DNA of 64,000 bases from Candidatus Cloacimonadales bacterium. Its GTDB lineage: Bacteria; Cloacimonadota; Cloacimonadia; Cloacimonadales; JAFGVF01. The number at the start of each line of letters is the position of its first letter. The stretch's first letter is position 1. Below, piece after piece: positions 56,488 to 64,000 of this stretch. Location: positions 310,624 through 374,623 of the forward strand of contig CAXXOU010000002.1 in assembly GCA_963677495.2 (NCBI GenBank). Direction: 5' to 3'. Both the position numbers and the translations under genes were made by a program. The notes beneath the pieces were generated by a model, which ran no database searches, was not told the DNA's origin, and saw nothing but the letters and a program-made list of their open reading frames with translations.

Positions 56488-57320
56488 TATTGACTCCTTT
56501 TCATATTTGTAAATATCTCATATACTAAATTCTTACGCATTTTTGTGTTTTCGCCAACTTTTTTTATAGCATCTTTACCTTTAAGTCCTTTAGAAATCTC
56601 CTCTTTTAACAGTAACTGAACTTGCTCAATCGTAATCTCTTCTTGTATGAAACTTTCAACAAGAATCACAAACTCTCCTTTAAGATTGAGATTTTCAGAA
56701 TCAATGAGTGTACTGAATCTTCCACGGTAAAATGTCTCATGCAGTTTACTAATCTCTTTTGCAATTACGATATTTCTATCTCCAAGCAGTTCCTGCATCG
56801 CTTTCATAGTATTAAATAGATCATGAGGTGAGCAGTAAAATATTAGCGTTTGCTTGTATGCTTTTACACTTTCAAGGAGCTCATCACGTAGTCTCTTCTT
56901 TTCGGGTAAAAATCCTAAAAAGCAGAAACTATCACTATTCAAACCTGAGCTTACAAGAGCCGGTACGAAAGCTGTAGCACCGGGAAGAGTCACAACTTCA
57001 ATTCCTTCCTTTATAGCAGCTTTAATAAGAATAGAACCAGGATCAGAGATACCTGGGGTTCCTGCATCACTTATAAGTGCTATCTCTTCACCAGATTTAA
57101 GCCTGTCAATCAACTCAGTTGTACGCTTTCTTTCGTTGAATTTGTGATAGCTAAGCAGCTGTGTTGTAATCTCGTAATGCTTTAAAAGGTAAGAACTTGT
57201 TCTAGTATCTTCAGCAAGGATAAGTGATACACTTTTTAGAACTTCAACTGCTCTAAATGTCATATCCTTAAGATTACCGATAGGTGTGGGAACAATATAT
57301 AGTATAGGATTTGGTTTCAT
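56487..57320 (-). CDS. rsmI: 16S rRNA C1402 2'-O-methyltransferase
   Basis: LYIVPTPIGNLKD, AEDTR, SDAGTPGISDPG, KEISKLHE, KGEFV. Confidence 0.95.
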   Translation of the reverse strand: MKPNPILYIVPTPIGNLKDMTFRAVEVLKSVSLILAEDTRTSSYLLKHYEITTQLLSYHKFNERKRTTELIDRLKSGEEIALISDAGTPGISDPGSILIKAAIKEGIEVVTLPGATAFVPALVSSGLNSDSFCFLGFLPEKKRLRDELLESVKAYKQTLIFYCSPHDLFNTMKAMQELLGDRNIVIAKEISKLHETFYRGRFSTLIDSENLNLKGEFVILVESFIQEEITIEQVQLLLKEEISKGLKGKDAIKKVGENTKMRKNLVYEIFTNMKRSQ

Positions 57321-57340
57321 ATAAATGTATGGATAAAAAT

Positions 57341-57368
57341 TAAGCCCTCTTGCGAGGGCTTAAAAAAC
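57341..57368. terminator. Terminator-like hairpin
   Basis: TAAGCCCTC-ttgc-GAGGGCTTA. Confidence 0.55.
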
Positions 57369-57369
57369 T

Positions 57370-57789
57370 TTATGGGAGCCAGGATATATCAATGACCTGC
57401 TTTGAGTCATTATTTATCTGATATGGTCCTGTTGGAAGGTAGAAGATAACATCGATATCTTTTTTTCCAAACTCTTCAGTGGATGTTGCAACAATAGTTG
57501 TGTCAGTAACCGCATAATTAAAGAAATTCTCTTCAAGTTTAAGATTAAGCTGACCAATATCAAAAGCAAAATCACCATCACCAAGATCAGGATTATTTTT
57601 GAAATCAATATTAGCTTTTGTTATCGTCTCAATATTACCAATCGCTTCTTGAAGATTTGCTCTGTATATTTTGGCTTCCTTCATGGGAATCCAAATCACG
57701 AATATCAGCCCAACAAGCATGACAATCATCAGAAGTTCCACCAAAGAAAACTTATCAGTTCTTTTTGTAACAGCCTTTGTCTCCGGCAT
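57370..57789 (-). CDS. Type IV pilin-like protein
   Basis: Short basic leader followed by FSLVELLMIVMLVGLI; GGAGG RBS. Confidence 0.65.
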   Translation of the reverse strand: MPETKAVTKRTDKFSLVELLMIVMLVGLIFVIWIPMKEAKIYRANLQEAIGNIETITKANIDFKNNPDLGDGDFAFDIGQLNLKLEENFFNYAVTDTTIVATSTEEFGKKDIDVIFYLPTGPYQINNDSKQVIDISWLP

Positions 57790-57913
57790 TCTTCCTCCAG
57801 AATATTATTTAATTTTTACAAATAAGCAGTGACACTGTATTTTGTCAAAGCCTTTTTAAACTGTTCTTGTGGCAAAGGAGTGGGAATCGTTAATTCCGTG
57901 GCTTACAGGAGTG

Positions 57914-58366
57914 GTCACCAGTGCGAGTTTACGAATACGACGCCAAGCGATAACTTGCCAATTTCGCATGGAGTCGAACTTCCGATGGTCGTATGGACTC
58001 GTGCTTAGAATTAGAAAACCATACACAGTGGCTTTACCAATGACTTACTGCATTTCAGGGAGTTTATCAGCCTGATAAGGCAACGGACTTCCTAAAATGC
58101 ACTCGAAGTTGCATATCTCTGAATTTCGTTCTCGCCCCACACTTCGTTGCGGAGCAAGTCCGAAAGAGGTATACACAGTGTAATTTGCAATGACTTAGCT
58201 ACATTTCCTGCCCTTTTTGCTTCCTTTAACAGCTCTATCTACTAACCCACTGTGTTTGCACTGTGCACGCACTGTGAAGGCACTGCCAACCCACTGTTTC
58301 ACTGGGTGCACAGTGCGTACACAGTGGGAAAACAGTGGGATGACTGCGTTTTGGCAGATGGCTTAA
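57914..58366 (+). repeat. Composite repeat element, copy 3 (core 58021-58366)
   Basis: Matches 16201-16538; also shares the GTCAC.AGTGCGAGTTTACGA leader with 16073. Confidence 0.85.
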
Positions 58367-58559
58367 ATATGGACTGCATCAACTCAGTAGATGACTAAGG
58401 ATGAAGTGATTCACAACGAAGTGGTAATCACTAACTCCGGAATACAAAGTCCGAAGTTAAGTGACAAGACTAACCGACATAGTCGTTTAAATCCATATTT
58501 GTAGAAATTACTGATTATAATAATTGACAGTATTGATTATTAACATTTCTGCTCTTTGC

Positions 58560-59807
58560 ATGAAGCTTACAGAACTTAATCAGATTGAAAAGAAAACGTT
58601 TTACTCACTACTAATTGGTACTTTCTTCGCTGCTTTTATCATTAGCGTTGGAAATATTCAAGATATTGTTGTGAAGAAGGCATTGCATGCTGAGAACTGG
58701 CAATTAGCAGTACTCACTATGATCTGGCCTGTATCAAACCTATTCTCAATTTGGTGGGGAAAACTTATCGAGAGAGCCGGTTCCCTTCGTAAGTTCTTCA
58801 TATTTGCAGGATTCTTCGGACGATTAACACTACTACTGGTTTTCTACATAACTAATGTTAATCAGTTTATCATGATACTGTTCTTAATGCACTCAGCAAA
58901 CTCAATTATAATTCCTAGTACTAATAAGATTTACCAATCTAATGTAAGAAAAGAGGTTAGAGGAAAACTCTTCGGTTTCACAATGAGCCTTAGAACGTTC
59001 ATTTTACTGATACTATCATACATTATTGGTAGATTACTGGACTGGAACGAGAACCTCTTTAGGATCATAATAGCAATTTGTGCTATAAGTGGCTTCATAA
59101 ACTGTATGATAATGTCATCTATAAAACTTGAGAAGAAACCTGATGACAGACCCAAAGAGAAGTTCAACATCTTAGCACCATTAAAGCGCTCTGTTGAGAT
59201 TCTTAAAACAAACAAGCCCTTTGCCCATTTCCAGAGAAACTTCACTTTCTATGGTATGGGTTTTATAATGATGCAGCCTGCTATTCCTATCTATCTGGTT
59301 GAGAAGTTACAACTTTCCTATACGCAGAACTTTGTTGGTAAGATAATCTTGGCTAATATTGGTCTTATGTTTCTGTCTCCAATTCTTGGAAGTAAACATG
59401 ACTCCTTCCATCCTTTCAAATTCACATCAATGGCATTTGGTGGACTAATCATATATCCAATTAGCATCCTGGTTTCAAGCTACTTTGCACCCTCTAACAT
59501 TGCTGTTGCTATTGTCTTTGTGGGATTCTTCCTCTTCAGTATTGCAATGTCGGGTATAAACATGGCTTGGAATATGAGCTCGATCCATTTTGCAGGTAAT
59601 GATGACAGCTCGATGTATCAAAGTGTACATGTTACTGTAACCGCTTTCAGGGGTCTTTTAGCTCCACTTCTTAGTCTTTTCCTTATGAACACATTCGGAG
59701 TTATGACTGTCTTCATGGTGGCAATTGGATTCTTGTTGATCGCTGCATTCCTTAGCTATCGAGATTATCGAGCTGTTCAATCCGGTAAGCTTGTAATGAA
59801 ATTATAA
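58560..59807 (+). CDS. MFS transporter
   Basis: About 12 hydrophobic helices in two halves; RGKLFG motif. Confidence 0.85.
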   Translation: MKLTELNQIEKKTFYSLLIGTFFAAFIISVGNIQDIVVKKALHAENWQLAVLTMIWPVSNLFSIWWGKLIERAGSLRKFFIFAGFFGRLTLLLVFYITNVNQFIMILFLMHSANSIIIPSTNKIYQSNVRKEVRGKLFGFTMSLRTFILLILSYIIGRLLDWNENLFRIIIAICAISGFINCMIMSSIKLEKKPDDRPKEKFNILAPLKRSVEILKTNKPFAHFQRNFTFYGMGFIMMQPAIPIYLVEKLQLSYTQNFVGKIILANIGLMFLSPILGSKHDSFHPFKFTSMAFGGLIIYPISILVSSYFAPSNIAVAIVFVGFFLFSIAMSGINMAWNMSSIHFAGNDDSSMYQSVHVTVTAFRGLLAPLLSLFLMNTFGVMTVFMVAIGFLLIAAFLSYRDYRAVQSGKLVMKL

Positions 59808-59808
59808 T

Positions 59809-60339
59809 ATGCGAATTTGGGTTAGGGGAGTTAGTTGCTCCGGTAAAACAACTCTAGCGAGAAAACTATCTAATGAATTAAACCTTCCTCATCTTGAATT
59901 GGACCAATTGTTCTGGTTGCCTGACTGGATTCAAAGAGATAGGGAAGAGTTTAGAGAAATTCTAAAGGACAAGCTTTCAAGTGAAGATTGGGTTATTGAT
60001 GGAAACTACTCGATGATAGAGCAGATTATGCATGATAACTGGGATTTTCTAATTTGGCTTAATCCTCCTTTCCATGTTGTTCTAAGAAGAGCATTCTCAC
60101 GCACTTTTAAAAGGATTAAGACTAAAGAACTTGTATGTAACGGTAACATTGAAACCTGGAAGAACTTTTTCACTATCGATGGGAATATGATTATCTGGGT
60201 ACTTAAGACTTACAGAAGAAGACAAAAGCAACTTCAGGAAGCCAAGAAGCAGTTTTCTAATGTGGTTGAGGTTAGATGTGAGAGTGATCTTGAGAGGTTT
60301 ATTACTAATCTAAAAAAACGTTTAAATATGTCACCCTGA
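59809..60339 (+). CDS. Adenylate-kinase-like P-loop protein
   Basis: GVSCSGKTT, ELDQLFWLPDW, WVIDGNY. Confidence 0.8.
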   Translation: MRIWVRGVSCSGKTTLARKLSNELNLPHLELDQLFWLPDWIQRDREEFREILKDKLSSEDWVIDGNYSMIEQIMHDNWDFLIWLNPPFHVVLRRAFSRTFKRIKTKELVCNGNIETWKNFFTIDGNMIIWVLKTYRRRQKQLQEAKKQFSNVVEVRCESDLERFITNLKKRLNMSP

Positions 60340-60635
60340 GCGAAGTTGAACGCAATGCAATGAAGTGAACGAAGTCGAACCGACGACCATCAGGAGGAGC
60401 TCGTAAGCCGATAGGCGCACAACTTCCGGGTCGCTCGGATGACTTTAGTTGAAATCTTTAGCAGTCACCATTACGACTGAAAGGAGTTCGGGGAAATGCG
60501 ACTTCGAAGTACGAGCTGTATAATATTCGCATTTCCCCAAGCTCACAAATTCGCACAGGTGATTGCTTTCGTACAAATCACTTATTCATCTCTGAATGCA
60601 CCATTTGCAAGGTCTGCAACAATTCCAAAGGTACA
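60329..60635. repeat. Mosaic of three repeat modules shared with other intergenic regions
   Basis: 60329-60447 resembles 37465-37582; 60488-60570 resembles 16095-16193; 60597-60635 is an inverted relative of the 9395 and 10146 repeats. Confidence 0.7.
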
Positions 60636-60642
60636 AGGTTAT

Positions 60643-61041
60643 CTATTTCTTCTCAGTTGTAATCACAATCTTTTCTAGACCACTCTGTTTAATCATATCC
60701 ATCGCTTCAATTACGACACCATAGTCAGTTGATCTATCCGCTTTTAGAGATATTGATTGAGATGAATCCTGTTTAGCTATCTCAGATAGGGAAGAGGTAA
60801 GCTCTTCAATAGATACATCTTTACCGTTTACTTGTATTTTGCCTGTTTTATCAATAGTAACTTCAAGCTCTTCAACTTCAACATTGCTGAAACCCTCAGT
60901 TTCCGGAAGCTCAAGTTCCATACCCGGTTGCTCTGAGAAGGTTGTTGTGAGCATAAAGAATATCAGCAGTAGCAGAACAACATCTATTAGTGATGTGATG
61001 CTAATAATAACAGTTCTCTTCTTCTTTGATAGAAGTTGCAT
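60643..61041 (-). CDS. exbD: ExbD/TolR biopolymer transport protein
   Basis: ITSLIDVVLLLLIFFML, KADRSTDYG. Confidence 0.9.
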   Translation of the reverse strand: MQLLSKKKRTVIISITSLIDVVLLLLIFFMLTTTFSEQPGMELELPETEGFSNVEVEELEVTIDKTGKIQVNGKDVSIEELTSSLSEIAKQDSSQSISLKADRSTDYGVVIEAMDMIKQSGLEKIVITTEKK

Positions 61042-61042
61042 A

Positions 61043-61666
61043 CTATTCTCCGCTGTTAATATTATGAAGCTTCTGCATTAGTACGTTTGCACTCTTTTCC
61101 ATATCGAGAATTATATCCTCTGCCTTTGCGGTGAAGTAGTTGTGAAAGACCAAAGCTGGGATACCAAGTGTTAAACCAATAGCTGTTGAAAGCAATGCTT
61201 CACTGATACCACCGGAGAGGGCAGATGCTTCACCAACACCATTCAGTGATATCATCTTAAACACTTTTATCATACCAATCACAGTACCTAAAAGACCTAA
61301 CAGTGGGGATACTGCCGCAACAGTTTCAAGAAGCACCAATCCACGCTCAAGCTTTCTCATCTCTTGCCTGCCTTGGTCAGCAAAGGCTTCTTTAACAATA
61401 TCAAGTGGTTGAGTAGCTATATTCAAACCTGCTAACATAAGATTTGCAAAGGAACCGGGATACTTTTTACATACAGAAATAGCTTCCTGCACATCCTCTT
61501 TCTTAGTTATGCGGTCTACTGCGAAGTTGATTTCAGGGAAAACTATCTTTTTCTTTCTAAGGTGTACTAGTTTCTCAATAATCACAGCTACAGCCACGAT
61601 TGAGAACAATATCATCGGGTATACTGTAATACCACTTTGTTTAATGGTTTCTATTACGTCTTGCAT
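61043..61666 (-). CDS. exbB: MotA/TolQ/ExbB proton channel protein
   Basis: SPLLGLLGTVIGMI, GISEALLSTAIGL. Confidence 0.9.
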   Translation of the reverse strand: MQDVIETIKQSGITVYPMILFSIVAVAVIIEKLVHLRKKKIVFPEINFAVDRITKKEDVQEAISVCKKYPGSFANLMLAGLNIATQPLDIVKEAFADQGRQEMRKLERGLVLLETVAAVSPLLGLLGTVIGMIKVFKMISLNGVGEASALSGGISEALLSTAIGLTLGIPALVFHNYFTAKAEDIILDMEKSANVLMQKLHNINSGE

Positions 61667-62492
61667 TTGGACCTCTATCTATTATGTAATTGAAATATCC
61701 GGTTATTTCTAAATACTCCTCCGGGAAGTCTTTAGGTAGTTTCATATGTGGGAACGAGTATCTTACAGCTCTCATACTTGTATCATCTAATGTCTTGTGA
61801 GTCTCGGAATCAAGAAGCTTTACACTTACTAATTCACCCTTTCTATTTATCTTAAACTTAACTATATTCTGACCGGCCCCAATCCCCATTCTTGTAAATG
61901 ACATCGGAGGACGCATATTTGCTTGAATCTTGTCTCTTAATGCTAGCATATAAGGTGCAAAATCCCAATCATAAGTATTGAGAGCAAAGCCACCTTTTTT
62001 ATATGCTGAACTCTTTGATTCCTTTATCGTCTCCGGGATCTCATTCTGTTGAATCTGCTGTTTACTTGTCTGCAGTTGATCCCAAAACTCAAGAGCAGAT
62101 GGAGTGTATGCATCTCTATCGATAGGCTTTTTCTCTTCTAACTCTTGTTGGGGTTTAACATCCTGGTTCTGAGAAATAACGTGATTATCTCTATCAGCCA
62201 TTGGATTACCTTCAGGCTTAGATAAATCAGGGTTATCCTGGGACGCTTCTGCATTTCTATCCGAAGCAATCTCTTCTCTAACAGCTTCCTCCAATGGTTT
62301 TTGTTCGTTCTTAACAAGCTTGAACTTAAGCTTTGTCTGTTCCTCTTTCTTTGTAATAAGGGACTTAGGATGAGTATTCAGAAGTGATTTAAACAAAGGG
62401 TAGGTAAGTAAAATGAATATATGGAGCAGGATGGATATAATTACAAATACCCATATGCTAACCTCATTCCTCTTCTGTTCTACTCTATTCAT
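61641..62492 (-). CDS. TonB-family energy transducer
   Basis: TM helix with SILLH; C-terminal VKFKINRKGEL..LDDTSMRAV; upstream of exbB-exbD. Confidence 0.75.
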   Translation of the reverse strand: MNRVEQKRNEVSIWVFVIISILLHIFILLTYPLFKSLLNTHPKSLITKKEEQTKLKFKLVKNEQKPLEEAVREEIASDRNAEASQDNPDLSKPEGNPMADRDNHVISQNQDVKPQQELEEKKPIDRDAYTPSALEFWDQLQTSKQQIQQNEIPETIKESKSSAYKKGGFALNTYDWDFAPYMLALRDKIQANMRPPMSFTRMGIGAGQNIVKFKINRKGELVSVKLLDSETHKTLDDTSMRAVRYSFPHMKLPKDFPEEYLEITGYFNYIIDRGPNARRNRNH

Positions 62493-62602
62493 AAACTCCC
62501 TGTTCTTCTTTGTTCTTAATATTAAATACAATTAACGGGAAAGATTACTGCATTATTTATCTTACTTGCACCGCAGTGAAGCGTGGGGTGAGAATGATAA
62601 AA

Positions 62603-62627
62603 AAAAGCCTACCTTTCGGCAGGCTTA
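62603..62627 (-). terminator. Intrinsic terminator after the PFK gene
   Basis: AAGCCT/AGGCTT stem around a TTCG-containing loop; the A-run gives a U-tail on the minus strand. Confidence 0.65.
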
Positions 62628-62644
62628 TAATTATATAGTTCTTA

Positions 62645-63862
62645 TTACTTTTGCAATAACTTAGCAACTTTAGGTGATCTGAGTCTATGAGCTACAGGAT
62701 AACCTGAGCCAATAAGTGGTCTTGCATAGAATTTGAATGCATCGGTTACACCATTACCTTCTTCGTTGATAAACTCATCAGGCATGTGACGTGTTTTACC
62801 CGCAATATCTTCAAGTGGTACTAAATCATAATCTACAGAATAGAAACCGGTTCTTTTGATTCTGATTGAGCCATCAAGATTGTGCCATAAAGCGTATTGA
62901 ACTGCTCTTTCGCCAACTTCACGAGCTTCGTGTTGGTCAACATCTGAAACGCAACCGATGAATGAGCGTTGGAGATAACCGAATGTATCAGATCTAACTC
63001 TCTTTATTGGTAAGTTTTGTCTGATAAGCTCAGAAAGTTTATCACCAAGCATTCCTGTACCTGAAAGCTGAACATTACCATGTGCATCAGTTTCTGTTTC
63101 ACCAACTAGTTTAGTGATGATTGGTACTCCCTTTTCATCTGAAATACCCTCTGAGACAGCGATAACACAACGACCATATCTATCCCAGCATTTCTTTACA
63201 TCTTGTAAGAACTGCTCTCTATGGAATGGCCTTTCAGGAAGGTATATTAAGTGTGGTCCATCATCAGAATACTTCTGGGCTAATGAAGCAGCAGCAGTTA
63301 AGAAACCTGCATGTCTACCCATTACTACTCCAATATAAACACCGGGTAAAGCTCTATTATCAAGATTCACACCTGTGAAAGCAGAAGCTACATAGCGAGC
63401 TGCTGAGCCATATCCCGGAGTATGGTCATTGAGTACAAGGTCGTTATCAATTGTCTTTGGTATATGAATAGCTCTGAACTCATAGTTAGCGATTTCAGCT
63501 TCCTGATTCACGATTCTCACTGTGTCTGATGAATCGTTTCCACCAATATAAAAGAAGTATCTGATATCGTGAGCTTTAAGAACCTTAAAGATTTCGCGAC
63601 AGTATGCCTCATCAGGTTTATCACGTGTTGTGCCTAATGATGAAGATGGTGTAATAGCCACCTGTTCTAAACTATGAGTTGTTTCCTGTGTAAGGTCAAT
63701 AAACTCTTCATTAATAATCCCATGAACACCATTAAGTGCTCCATAAACTCTTGTTACTTGAGGGAATTTTCTAGCTTCAAGTACAACACCTACCATAGAT
63801 TGATTGATTACAGCAGTAGGACCACCACCTTGGGCAACGAGTACTTTACCTTCAAGTTTCAT
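62645..63862 (-). CDS. 6-phosphofructokinase, probably PPi-dependent
   Basis: GGGPTAVIN, GGND (Asp at the donor-specificity position), PKTIDND, MGRHAG. Confidence 0.88.
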   Translation of the reverse strand: MKLEGKVLVAQGGGPTAVINQSMVGVVLEARKFPQVTRVYGALNGVHGIINEEFIDLTQETTHSLEQVAITPSSSLGTTRDKPDEAYCREIFKVLKAHDIRYFFYIGGNDSSDTVRIVNQEAEIANYEFRAIHIPKTIDNDLVLNDHTPGYGSAARYVASAFTGVNLDNRALPGVYIGVVMGRHAGFLTAAASLAQKYSDDGPHLIYLPERPFHREQFLQDVKKCWDRYGRCVIAVSEGISDEKGVPIITKLVGETETDAHGNVQLSGTGMLGDKLSELIRQNLPIKRVRSDTFGYLQRSFIGCVSDVDQHEAREVGERAVQYALWHNLDGSIRIKRTGFYSVDYDLVPLEDIAGKTRHMPDEFINEEGNGVTDAFKFYARPLIGSGYPVAHRLRSPKVAKLLQK

Positions 63863-64000
63863 AATTAATCCTCCAATTTATCTTCTTTTTCTCTATTTCT
63901 CGGGTGAGTCTGTTTATAAACAGATTTTATTTCATTCAAAGTTACATGTGTATAGATTTCAGTAGATGTCAAGAAGGAATGTCCCAACATCTCCTGAATA

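Overview
AT-rich bacterial chromosomal window from an anaerobe. The gene content, the secreted proteins ending in FlgD-Ig-like 'YNIKGQ' domains and a short-acceptor tRNA-Sec suggest a Cloacimonadota-like organism; this is inference. Housekeeping genes include panD/panC, cmk-ispH-rpsA, asnS, pyrE, pdxA, rnhB, ftcD, prfA, rpmE, rsmI, tonB-exbB-exbD and a PPi-type PFK. Accessory loci are: (i) an anti-sigma-type kinase/STAS/PIN three-gene cassette; (ii) an IS110 element whose bridge RNA guides, target site and circle-junction promoter can be read from the sequence, inserted into an 11-bp-period palindromic minisatellite; (iii) a REP-associated Y1 HUH transposase (RAYT) embedded in a 97-bp tandem array of inverted REP doublets, with related REPs dispersed inside a ~340-bp composite element present three times; (iv) an intact IS3-family element; (v) a corrinoid methyltransferase cluster; (vi) a hydC-ATPase-hydD-hydB operon with no catalytic subunit, followed by selC; (vii) a Sec-signal-peptide protein carrying a 2x[4Fe-4S] ferredoxin domain. 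All calls come from reading motifs by eye; no database searches were run.
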